A DNA stretch of 64,000 nt from IMG/VR virus record IMGVR_UViG_3300042317_001568, positions 62,001 to 126,000 of that record. One strand, written 5' to 3'. Of this stretch, positions 1-8,443 are shown in pieces. Within the stretch, counting starts at the first letter, position 1. Every line of letters starts with the position of its first letter. Below the pieces are notes generated by a model. The model made no database searches, was not told where the DNA came from, and was given only the letters and a program-made list of their open reading frames with translations. Made by a program: the position numbers and the translations under genes.

Positions 1-613
1 GTGTGCAAACACGCTGCGCGAAGCCGACGAGATGGCCGACCTGCTCATTGGATTTTTAACAACCAAGCGTGCGAATGACGACGCGCTTGGTGATGCGTCT
101 GAAGGCGAAGATCACGACACCGCTGGTGACGAAGACTCCGGCGCTGGCGATGCCCCTATGATGGGCGGCGCTGACGAATCCGCTGCGCTTGCCGGAGCCG
201 AAGGTGACCCTGCCGCCGGTGGCGACATGGGCGGCATGATGGACGGCGGCATGGGCGGAGAACCGTCTGAAGACGAAGCTGTTCAAGAACTGGCGATGGC
301 TTTAGAAGAACTCGGCATTCCGCCGGAAGCACTTCTTGAAGCTGTTCAATCTGGCGCTCTCGGCGGAGACGCCGGCGGTGCTGGTGGAATGCCCCCAGCC
401 GGCGGCGAAATTCCTGCTGAAGCTGCTGCGCCCGGTATGGACGCTGCGCCGAAGATGGCTGCCGACCGCGCGCAAGCCCTAACTGAAGTTGGCTCTGCTG
501 TAATCAACTTCAAGCGCTCTGGCAAGTTTCAAATCAAAGAAGCTCGTACAAAGCGTTCCCGCCAGTTGCGTGATATAATGAAGCAGCATGTAATCGAACT
601 GGTAAACCGATAA
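1..613 (+). CDS. 5'-truncated acidic, Gly/Ala/Met-rich head-region protein (scaffold/internal head protein candidate)
   Basis: Frame stays open to the window edge; low-complexity acidic sequence; lies upstream of the capsid genes. Confidence 0.5.
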   Translation, partial: CANTLREADEMADLLIGFLTTKRANDDALGDASEGEDHDTAGDEDSGAGDAPMMGGADESAALAGAEGDPAAGGDMGGMMDGGMGGEPSEDEAVQELAMALEELGIPPEALLEAVQSGALGGDAGGAGGMPPAGGEIPAEAAAPGMDAAPKMAADRAQALTEVGSAVINFKRSGKFQIKEARTKRSRQLRDIMKQHVIELVNR

Positions 614-627
614 TTACGGAGGTTTTA

Positions 628-1059
628 ATGTCCGCTAACAACACAAATACACTTGTGCAAAAAATCATCGATTACATTGGTTATTCCGATGCCGCGATGA
701 CAAAGGCTGCCGCATCGCTGCAGGTCCAAGAAACACAGGCGACAAAGATTGCCTCGCTGATTCCGACCGCCGTGAAGGCGTGCGTTGAAAATGAACGGAT
801 CGAACCGCATCAAAAAGAAGCGCTTGAACAAGCCCTTCGCGACCCAGTAGCGACCATGGAGCTTGTTGTAAAACTTGCTTCGCATCGCAACTCCGCCGAA
901 CTCGGCCGCCTCGGCCAGCCGGTTGGTCAGCAAAAGTCTGCGTCGTACGATCCGAACACAAGTCTGACGAACGGGTACGTGGGTGCCCGTGACGGCCGCG
1001 TAAAGGCGTCCGACGTGAAGTTGTTCACGGGTCTCGGTCTGAATCCGCCCACCACCTGA
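628..1059 (+). CDS. Hypothetical head-module protein
   Basis: 143-aa ORF with GGAGG RBS; within the head gene cluster. Confidence 0.6.
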   Translation: MSANNTNTLVQKIIDYIGYSDAAMTKAAASLQVQETQATKIASLIPTAVKACVENERIEPHQKEALEQALRDPVATMELVVKLASHRNSAELGRLGQPVGQQKSASYDPNTSLTNGYVGARDGRVKASDVKLFTGLGLNPPTT

Positions 1060-1093
1060 TCCTTAAAAACTACTTAGACATGGAGGTCTAACA

Positions 1094-1687
1094 ATGGCTG
1101 TTCCTGAGCAAATGTTTGCGCACGGTTTAGACGTCAAAAAGGGCTGGTTCGACATGGCCTCGCTCGATTATTCGGCGAAGCTTGCGACTACCGTCACGTT
1201 TGACGTAAAGCGCGGTCGCGTTGTCCACGTTAACACTAACGGTGAGTTCGTGCCGGGTGCGCACAAGACGTGCCCCGCGGTCTTCCTGCTTAACGGTTCG
1301 GACGACGCCGACGTAAGTAACCCCGGTTACAACTCGCCGATGACATCGGCGAATTTCATGCACATCGCAGTTGCGCCGACCGGCAAGATGTCCGGCCTCG
1401 TAGCGACTGGCGGTTACGAAATCTCCTCGACGGAGTTCGTGACTGCTAACACCTACACGCCCGGCGATCTGCTTTCGGTAACTACGAAAACTGGCGCTGG
1501 CAGCACCGTAGCTGCTACCGACGGTCTTCTGACGAACTACAGCGTTACGCAGTATGCGCAGCCGGTAGTCGGCGTTGTATCCAGCGGTGCTGGCAAGAAT
1601 CACAACGGGATTCAAGCCCTTTCGTTCTGGTGCGTCTATCTCCCGGGCGCGGCCAACTGGAACGGCGTACAGGCGGCTAGCGCCTAA
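1094..1687 (+). CDS. Putative capsid decoration/cement protein
   Basis: Beta-rich, Gly/Thr-rich 197 aa immediately upstream of the major capsid gene; strong SD. Confidence 0.6.
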   Translation: MAVPEQMFAHGLDVKKGWFDMASLDYSAKLATTVTFDVKRGRVVHVNTNGEFVPGAHKTCPAVFLLNGSDDADVSNPGYNSPMTSANFMHIAVAPTGKMSGLVATGGYEISSTEFVTANTYTPGDLLSVTTKTGAGSTVAATDGLLTNYSVTQYAQPVVGVVSSGAGKNHNGIQALSFWCVYLPGAANWNGVQAASA

Positions 1688-1718
1688 CTCTAACTAATAG
1701 AACATGGAGGTTCTTAAG

Positions 1719-2645
1719 ATGCCCACTCAGCAAGAAATCCAACTGCTCAACGAGACTCTTTTTGAGCAGCTTGATACACCCGGCATGCAGAAGCAGGCCA
1801 TTGATGCGGTTAACGACTTCACGCGCACCAAGATGCGTGAAGACGGCTTCTACCGTCGTATTATCCCGCCGCTAACCATCACCAACGACGAACTCGATCG
1901 TCAGGTTGATACGGACAAGCCGGTGAAGGTAGTCGACAAGGAGCCCGATTCCCCGGCAGCCGTGTCGATTCCGTTCGCCACGCTCCCGAGCAACTTTTAC
2001 ATCCGTGGCCCGCGCTACCGCGTCATGTTTGACCGGATCGTGTCGCCCCGCGCTGTAAAGGACGTTGACGAGCTGCGTACGTACGTCATCGACATCCGTC
2101 AGGTCCTCAGCGACAACATGATCAAGGACATGCTCGCTGAAGAAGACTCGAAGTTCATCACGGCGTTTAACCTCGCCGTAGGCACAAAGGACGCCGTTAA
2201 CACGCTGTCCGATACCGTGCAGTACGAATCGATCAGCGGCGGGATCACCCGCGAAACGCTGGTTGACGCGCTCAAGGTAATGCCGAAGACCCCGAGTCAC
2301 TTTGAGGTTGAAACCTGCCTCGTGAATAACATCACGATCAAGGAACTCCTCAAGTTTGGCCGCGACGAGATGGGTGGTGATTTCTCGCAAGACATCATCA
2401 AGAACGGTTGGGCGGAGACGAACTTCCTCAACTGCCGCTGGATCGTCACGATCAAGCGGAACCTCGTTCAGGACAACGAAATGTACATGTTCGCCAGCCC
2501 CAAGTTCATCGGAAAGAACTACGAGCTTGAGCCCACCACGATGTATATCCGTCGTGAAGCTTACATGCTTGAGTACTTCTCGTACAACACGCAGGGTGGC
2601 TCGTTCGGTCACACGAACGGTCTGGCGAAGGTTGAATTTGTCTGA
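1719..2645 (+). CDS. Major capsid protein (HK97-fold, inferred)
   Basis: ~308 aa; GGAGG SD places the start at ATG 1719; strongly biased C-ending codons; position between decoration and neck genes. Confidence 0.75.
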   Translation: MPTQQEIQLLNETLFEQLDTPGMQKQAIDAVNDFTRTKMREDGFYRRIIPPLTITNDELDRQVDTDKPVKVVDKEPDSPAAVSIPFATLPSNFYIRGPRYRVMFDRIVSPRAVKDVDELRTYVIDIRQVLSDNMIKDMLAEEDSKFITAFNLAVGTKDAVNTLSDTVQYESISGGITRETLVDALKVMPKTPSHFEVETCLVNNITIKELLKFGRDEMGGDFSQDIIKNGWAETNFLNCRWIVTIKRNLVQDNEMYMFASPKFIGKNYELEPTTMYIRREAYMLEYFSYNTQGGSFGHTNGLAKVEFV

Positions 2646-2673
2646 GTCGTGTAAATAACCAAGGAGCACAATC

Positions 2674-3069
2674 ATGAGTCAGGTTAAAGAGGCTGCCGAA
2701 CAGGCGTACGCCACCGTCGTTAGTCAGTTAGCAGCCCCCTATTTCTTTGAGAAGCTTTCGGCTCACGGCATCGCGCCGCGGACCGAGGGAGAGGCCGCCG
2801 AAATGTGGGCGGCGGCGCATAAGCTTCACGTGCTCTACACGGCTGAGCAGGAAAAAACAGCCGCGGCGCAGGCCGGCGAACTACAAGCTGTCAATCAGCA
2901 GTTAGACGTCGCCCTCGCCGCGGCTGGTTTCGGTTCTGGTTCTAAGACCAATAGCAACGTTGATATTTTCAAGGAAGCAGCGGTCGTCGCTGCTGAACAG
3001 CCTGAAATCGCCGATGCTGTGTTAACGCTTCAAGCGGCAGCCGCTGCTGCGCTACAGAGCGCCGAGTAA
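2674..3069 (+). CDS. Hypothetical Ala-rich head protein
   Basis: 131-aa ORF with AAGGAG RBS. Confidence 0.6.
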   Translation: MSQVKEAAEQAYATVVSQLAAPYFFEKLSAHGIAPRTEGEAAEMWAAAHKLHVLYTAEQEKTAAAQAGELQAVNQQLDVALAAAGFGSGSKTNSNVDIFKEAAVVAAEQPEIADAVLTLQAAAAAALQSAE

Positions 3070-3080
3070 CGGAGTAAAAA

Positions 3081-3494
3081 ATGCCAAATACGACAACTGA
3101 TCTCTACACCATTGTTAAAAATACGTCCGGCGGGGAGCGCTTCTTTGGCTTCCTAGGCGTTCGTGGCACGCGTCTTGCAAACAACGCCACGTACACCGTA
3201 CCCGGCGACCTTGTGGCGCAGCTGGGTGGCCAGCGCAGCCAACGAAAGTTTCAAGCGTTTGAAGAAGCGCTGAACACCAACAAACTCGAAATCGTGAAGT
3301 CTCCTTCGGTTTACCTGCTCAGCGAAACTGGCGGCGTGACCAAGGAACTGGCCCTGAATTCGGGTGGCTCGCTCGGCACCACAACCCCGTCGTGGGACGG
3401 TGGCAGCGCCTTCGCTGCTACGGCTGGCGCAACCGGCCCGACCGGCGCTACCGGTGCTACAGGCCCTCGCGGCGCTACAGGCCCCGCTGCCTGA
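3081..3494 (+). CDS. Virion protein with short C-terminal collagen-like (G-X-T) tail
   Basis: C-terminus [20 protein letters not shown]. Confidence 0.6.
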   Translation: MPNTTTDLYTIVKNTSGGERFFGFLGVRGTRLANNATYTVPGDLVAQLGGQRSQRKFQAFEEALNTNKLEIVKSPSVYLLSETGGVTKELALNSGGSLGTTTPSWDGGSAFAATAGATGPTGATGATGPRGATGPAA

Positions 3495-3518
3495 TAGTCG
3501 TCTCTTATCTGGTTTACG

Positions 3519-3555
3519 CAAGGGCTGGCCGTTTAACGGTCAGCCCTTGTTGTTT
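3519..3555 (+). terminator. Intrinsic terminator ending the head operon
   Basis: caagggctggccgt-tta-acggtcagcccttg stem followed by ttgttt. Confidence 0.75.
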
Positions 3556-3581
3556 GTATACTTATAGCACGGAGCACACTT

Positions 3582-4568
3582 ATGGCTGTTATCGCTACGC
3601 CGGTCGCCCACCCCATTGTCCAGTGCTGCGATAACGCTGCGCAGCCTGTTTTGACGCCAGTCACTTGCGCGGGACAAAACGTGCTCAGCGCCGTTGTTTC
3701 AACTGTGAACGGCCAGCCGGTCACAGGACGCATGCAGTCAATCTCAATTACACAAGGCCAGTGCGCTACGATTGAGTGGCAGATGCGCGATCAGTCTGGC
3801 GTGCCGGTTAACTTATCTGCATGTTCCGCGACGCCGTTCGCCATCGTGTTACGGTTAAAAGAGCAACTGTCGTGGGGAAACGTCAATTCGCCGCTTGAGG
3901 TTGCCGGCACTATTGCCGCTGCCGCAACCGGAAAAGTAACCGCGCAGCTTACGGCTGGAATGGTAGCTACGCCGGGTATTTACTACGCCGAATTTGCGTT
4001 AATTAATGTGCCGGCGCAAGCGCAAAACCAGCCGTGCGTTGTGTTTTCGAACACCTTTCATTTAATCATTAACCGCAGCAATTTTAACGGCGGCGCGGAA
4101 ATGGGCGGGCCCCCAAGTATCGCTGAAGTTCGTTTACACCTGCGCGACTCCAATCCCGGCGAAAGTTTTCTGCTCGACCGACTGATGTTTGACGACGCCG
4201 AAATCGCCCTCGCTATTACGCGTCCGGTGCAGTATTGGAACGAGATTCCGCCGCCGTTGGACCGCATTTACAACACACAAAATTTCCCGTTCCGCTATCA
4301 CTGGTTAGAAGGCATCTGCGCTAATCTGTTTTTGATGGTGGCTGAGCAGTTTCGCCGTAACCAGTTTAATTACTCTGCCGGCGGTCTTTCCGTAGACGAT
4401 CAAAACAAAGAAGGCGCTTACGAGCGTGCCGGCCAAACACGGTGGCAGGCTTATCGGGAGTGGGTGCGGGCGACAAAAGCCAGCATTAACCTTGAAAGCT
4501 GCTACGGCGAAGTTACGTCAAACTATAAGTACAGCGCCTACACCGACGCGATCCGAATTCGCTATTAG
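3582..4568 (+). CDS. Putative neck/head-tail adaptor protein with N-terminal beta-sandwich domain
   Basis: Position after the capsid genes; helical C-terminal region (EVRLHLRD...FDDAEIALA) typical of adaptor proteins. Confidence 0.55.
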   Translation: MAVIATPVAHPIVQCCDNAAQPVLTPVTCAGQNVLSAVVSTVNGQPVTGRMQSISITQGQCATIEWQMRDQSGVPVNLSACSATPFAIVLRLKEQLSWGNVNSPLEVAGTIAAAATGKVTAQLTAGMVATPGIYYAEFALINVPAQAQNQPCVVFSNTFHLIINRSNFNGGAEMGGPPSIAEVRLHLRDSNPGESFLLDRLMFDDAEIALAITRPVQYWNEIPPPLDRIYNTQNFPFRYHWLEGICANLFLMVAEQFRRNQFNYSAGGLSVDDQNKEGAYERAGQTRWQAYREWVRATKASINLESCYGEVTSNYKYSAYTDAIRIRY

Positions 4569-4692
4569 CGCATTCTAGAATCTGGAAAATGCGTCGTAAG
4601 TGCTTTGTTCCCTAGCACTTTCGCAATTCGCGAATTTGGAATATGGCGCTTGTCCGCAGTTCGCGAACCGTGGACAGCTGCGCGGACACTGG

Positions 4693-4721
4693 CTAAATAT
4701 GTTGCAAATTTGTGGCATATT
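4693..4721 (+). promoter_or_regulatory. Promoter-like motif CTAAAT-N17-CATATT, copy 1
   Basis: Identical boxes and spacing recur at 5465-5493 and 49079-49107. Confidence 0.75.
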
Positions 4722-4766
4722 TAACGTGGTTCCGATTACCTATGCCCACTAAAAAAGGGAGTTTCT

Positions 4767-5399
4767 GTGCTGGCTGTAAATCCACCAACCCAGATGTTGC
4801 TGCAGTACTTGGAGCATTGTCGCGACAATAGCGACGGCGTGTTCACTGATCCCGCGCTGCATCCGTACTTTATGTCGCTCGCCGTCGCGAAAGCCGTCGG
4901 CATGGACCACACCACTGAAGAGTATAAAGAGCGTGCGTTGTCGACGCTCGCGAATTGGTCGCGGATGCTGTGCGGACAGCTGACCAGCGTATCTATGCGG
5001 GAAATCGCTGACTGCGGCAAGTTCGCGCAGGACAGCGGTGACCGCAAAGGCGAGAAAATGGCCAAAGACCTGCTCGACTCGATGCCGCTGATTCAGGCTG
5101 TTTTCAAGTCGTGGGACGCTGCGGTTGACCACGAGCACATCGCGGAGTGGATTTATGAAGACGGCGTACGTCGGGAGAAGGAAGGGACTGCGCCCCATAT
5201 TTCGAATGAGTTTGTTGCAAAAGAGAAGAAGAAGCTCGACGACCTCTTCGAATTAATTCAAAAGAAGCTCGGAGAGCTCGATGGCTCTGGCCCGCAGCCC
5301 GAGGAGGTCAAATCTCCCGAGCCGGCGCGTCCACCAGTGACGCCGGCCGACATCATGAAGATGCTGTTCGATAACGCCAAGAAGCCGTCTGCGAACTAA
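4767..5399 (+). CDS. Hypothetical protein (cassette A cargo)
   Basis: 210 aa, GTG start after an AAGGGAG RBS; has its own promoter motif and terminator. Confidence 0.7.
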   Translation: MLAVNPPTQMLLQYLEHCRDNSDGVFTDPALHPYFMSLAVAKAVGMDHTTEEYKERALSTLANWSRMLCGQLTSVSMREIADCGKFAQDSGDRKGEKMAKDLLDSMPLIQAVFKSWDAAVDHEHIAEWIYEDGVRREKEGTAPHISNEFVAKEKKKLDDLFELIQKKLGELDGSGPQPEEVKSPEPARPPVTPADIMKMLFDNAKKPSAN

Positions 5400-5412
5400 G
5401 TTCAACGCGGCG

Positions 5413-5457
5413 AGAAGGAGCGGGCACCAAAACCGGTGCTCGCTTTTTCTTAGCTAT
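5413..5457 (+). terminator. Intrinsic terminator followed by TTAGCTAT
   Basis: agaaggagcgggcacc-aaaacc-ggtgctcgctttttct. Confidence 0.75.
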
Positions 5458-5464
5458 CGGTGAC

Positions 5465-5493
5465 CTAAATTAGGCGCGATTTTGCGTCATATT
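5465..5493 (+). promoter_or_regulatory. Promoter-like motif CTAAAT-N17-CATATT, copy 2
   Basis: Repeated motif upstream of the AAA+ gene. Confidence 0.75.
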
Positions 5494-5529
5494 ATTTGTG
5501 TCCCCGTTTCCGCTATGAAGGAGCTTGCG

Positions 5530-6369
5530 ATGAGTATTGCAGACGGAGTGTGCGATCTTCTGCCCGGCTATTTCGCTCGACGAGGCGAGGCCCTGCTGGC
5601 CAGATGGATGCACGAGGCCCGCGGGAAGGAACCGCGCGGTGGTTTACTGGTCGGCCCGCCCGGCACCGGCAAGACGTTCTTTGCCGACGCGTTCGCCCGC
5701 GGCCGCAAGGCCGAGCAGGTGTTTATTCCGTGCCACCCGTGGCTCACGAATGAGGAGCTACATCAGGGTGTGGACATCGGCCGCGTGGCGGTCGGGGTCG
5801 AGCACGCCGACGAGGCGTACATCGACGGCCAGCTGCTGCGCGCTGTGCGCATGTCGCACGACTGCGACGTGGTTATCACGTTGGACGAGGTCGAAAAGGC
5901 TGGGTCGCGGTTTTACCCGCTTATCCTCGACTTCTTGCAGAATGGTCGGGTGCCTGATGCCCGCCACAAGCTGCACAGCGGCAACACGGCCCGGATGTTT
6001 ATCGTCCTGACCGCGAACGAAGAGGTTGACCTGCCCGAGGCCATTAAACGGCGCTGCTTTCGGGTAAACATGGGCTTTCTGCCCGAGCATGTCGAAACCG
6101 ATGTGCTGCGCAAGCAGACAGGCGCACCGGGAGGGGCCTGTCGCATCATTGTGCGCATGGCGAACGCAATCCGGCAGAACGGCGACTCCAAGCCGTCCCT
6201 GCAGGAGCTTCGTCACTTGCTTATGGCGCGAGACCTGTGCGTAAGCACGGACGACGTAGCCACTTTGATCGAAGCGTTTCTTGTAAAAGAAACCAAGGAC
6301 ACGGAGGCCCTTAAACAGGCATTCAGCAAACCCGAAGCTGTACTGTTCGGGGAGTTCAAAAGGAAGTAA
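5530..6369 (+). CDS. AAA+ ATPase, MoxR/AAA_5-like
   Basis: Walker A GPPGTGKT, Walker B ITLDEVEK, sensor I LTAN, Arg finger EAIKRRC; AAGGAG RBS favours ATG 5530. Confidence 0.85.
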   Translation: MSIADGVCDLLPGYFARRGEALLARWMHEARGKEPRGGLLVGPPGTGKTFFADAFARGRKAEQVFIPCHPWLTNEELHQGVDIGRVAVGVEHADEAYIDGQLLRAVRMSHDCDVVITLDEVEKAGSRFYPLILDFLQNGRVPDARHKLHSGNTARMFIVLTANEEVDLPEAIKRRCFRVNMGFLPEHVETDVLRKQTGAPGGACRIIVRMANAIRQNGDSKPSLQELRHLLMARDLCVSTDDVATLIEAFLVKETKDTEALKQAFSKPEAVLFGEFKRK

Positions 6370-6371
6370 CC

Positions 6372-7781
6372 ATGAGCCTGACACTGCGGAAGTTGCAGCG
6401 AATGCTGTCGAAGTCCGTGAAAACTACCCGCGATGTTAGGTTTACGGACCCGCGAGAGCGGGCAGAGTTCGCGGAGTTTATCAAGGGCGTATACGCCGAA
6501 GAATTTACGAGCCCGCTTCTTCGACAAGGGCACGTTCGCGAGAACTGCCCGTGCGGTAATTGCGGCCCCAAAACCGTGAACAACATCACGGCGCTTATTG
6601 ACCGGTTGACAAAGCGGCACGGCCATCGTGCCACACTCAGCCAGTTGCTGGAGCCCAGAAATAAGTCTGGGCGGGCTCAAGGCGGTAGCGGTAAATCAAA
6701 CGGAGCACCGCAGGAGGAGCCCCAGCAGGCACCTTCTGGCGGGTTTGATCCTCCGCCCGCCAAAGATACGGCCGCGGAACCACCGCAGCCCGAGAACTGG
6801 GAACCAACTCCCGCCGCCCAAGAAACTCCAAAACCAAAAACTGAGCGTGAAAGGCTTTCCGACGAGGAAAAAGATTTACGTGCGCGGTTAAAGGAATTGG
6901 AGAAGCAGAAAGCCGCCGCGAAAGCACGCGGCAGTCTGCAAGCTTCGGCGATAGATGTTGTGATAAAGAAAGCCAGAAAGCAGCTGAAGGACGCCCGGAA
7001 ACAGGCATCTAAAATCAGCGGCGTTGCTGGTATTGAGAGTGCTCCGTCGTTGGAGGCTCGACGACGCGCAGCCGGCACACATGGCCGCCTGCGGGTCGTT
7101 CCGCCTCAACTGCGGAACAAAACAGCGGAACTCATTAATAAGTTAGTGCATGAAAGCGGCGCAGCTGGTGACCGCCTCACGCCTATCCCAATTTTGAGTG
7201 CGCGAAAAGTTGTCAAGAGGATGCTTGTCCGGCGTCCACTTGGTAACGCGTTTAAGGAGGACAGCAACGCCGGTCGTCCCGTCACGCTGTTCTTGCCCGA
7301 CGTCTCGCCGTCTTGCGCCCGACAGGCTCAAGCGGCGTGTGACGTCGCTAATGCGGCAGGGTACGCTGGAGTCTCTGGCTCTGACGTACTGGTTTTCCCA
7401 CACTCTAACGGAGAGGTGGAGGAAGATTACGTGCCGTGGTTTAACGGTCGACCCAACTTGGCAAACTTGACGAAAACAGAAGCGCTGTTTTCCGAGATAA
7501 CAAGCGGTCGGTCGCGGTATAACATCCGGATAGTAGTCGCCATTGGCGACCACGACGCCGCGGAGTTGTATCGAGAAATCGCGGCGCTAAAAAAAGTGGT
7601 GCGATTAGTGTGGTTGCACAATATTCCAGTGAGTCGTCGTCGACCCACGGTTGTGCCGTCTGACGCCAATAACTTGTACGGCGAGAATTGGACAGCTGAA
7701 ACACGCAACAAGGTCACAATGATCTACGGTTGCGTTGATCAGGCGTCTATTCTCGGCGGGCTAGAACTGGCTCTTTCTTAA
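6372..7781 (+). CDS. vWA-domain partner of the MoxR-type ATPase
   Basis: MIDAS-like DVSPS and VVAIGD; Pro/Glu/Gly-rich linker; begins 2 nt after the ATPase stop. Confidence 0.65.
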   Translation: MSLTLRKLQRMLSKSVKTTRDVRFTDPRERAEFAEFIKGVYAEEFTSPLLRQGHVRENCPCGNCGPKTVNNITALIDRLTKRHGHRATLSQLLEPRNKSGRAQGGSGKSNGAPQEEPQQAPSGGFDPPPAKDTAAEPPQPENWEPTPAAQETPKPKTERERLSDEEKDLRARLKELEKQKAAAKARGSLQASAIDVVIKKARKQLKDARKQASKISGVAGIESAPSLEARRRAAGTHGRLRVVPPQLRNKTAELINKLVHESGAAGDRLTPIPILSARKVVKRMLVRRPLGNAFKEDSNAGRPVTLFLPDVSPSCARQAQAACDVANAAGYAGVSGSDVLVFPHSNGEVEEDYVPWFNGRPNLANLTKTEALFSEITSGRSRYNIRIVVAIGDHDAAELYREIAALKKVVRLVWLHNIPVSRRRPTVVPSDANNLYGENWTAETRNKVTMIYGCVDQASILGGLELALS

Positions 7782-7836
7782 GCGCGCACCATTAACAGCG
7801 GCACTCCGTTTTACGCCGCAGGAGGTAATTTATGCA

Positions 7837-8411
7837 CTGGCCTAGATAAAGCGATGCCCGGGGTAATCAGCCCGGAGCCTTCGTCTGCAGGGATTAATTG
7901 TTTTCCATGTAGCCGAAATAAAGGGACGACAAACAAACACGGGTTCTTGAAGGCTCGTGAGGACAAAAGTCGTAAACATAGCGGAGCTGTGTCCGACGCT
8001 TTGAGGGGACAATGGCAGGTTAGTCCCACAGGGGAGACACGAGACTTTATTGCGGAACGTCGCCTAATAGCGAAACGCCGCGACATCGTTTCGGTCAAAC
8101 CAGACCGGCCCCGGATTTTGTAACGCGGTTTGCTGCCTAGAAGCGGCCGCGCATATCCCCTGTCGAAAGCGCGCTCGATGGGGGGTCGCTCAATCTGGGA
8201 CTTTTCGTCTGTGCGAAGGTCACGCGGGCCGTCGTGCCCGCGGAATATCACAGAACTATACTAACACGCGCTATTCGTCTAGTCCGGGTAGCGTAGGCTT
8301 TCTCGGTGCGCCTGCTTTAAGCGGTTGCCGCCACGTTCGGCGAGCACTGAGCCACTTCCGCTGAGCAATTGGCGGAGGGGGGAATCGAAATGGCCCCTTT
8401 GGGGCCGTTTC
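7837..8411 (+). ncRNA. Large structured non-coding RNA candidate, family unassigned
   Basis: Long-range closing helix 7837-7853/8269-8287 and at least 10 nested helices; wobble pairs read as G-U on the + strand; no credible CDS. Confidence 0.7.
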
Positions 8412-8420
8412 TTTAGCTAT
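8387..8420 (+). terminator. Intrinsic terminator followed by TTAGCTAT
   Basis: gaaatggcccc-ttt-ggggccgtttc-ttt. Confidence 0.75.
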
Positions 8421-8443
8421 CAGCGCTCCAGTAGAATAATGGT

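Noticed and set aside
7837-8290. Group I intron, RNase P or tmRNA identity for the large RNA
   Set aside because: Only fragmentary resemblances (gagact/tagtcc; gaggacaaaagtc/acagaac). No interrupted gene, no P4 pseudoknot complement and no tRNA-like ends. A covariance search is needed.
8369-8390. tRNA-3'-like string TTCGATTCCCCCCTCCGCCA on the - strand (possible att site)
   Set aside because: No T-stem partner or remainder of a cloverleaf; the sequence is explained by + strand hairpins; no integrase in the window.
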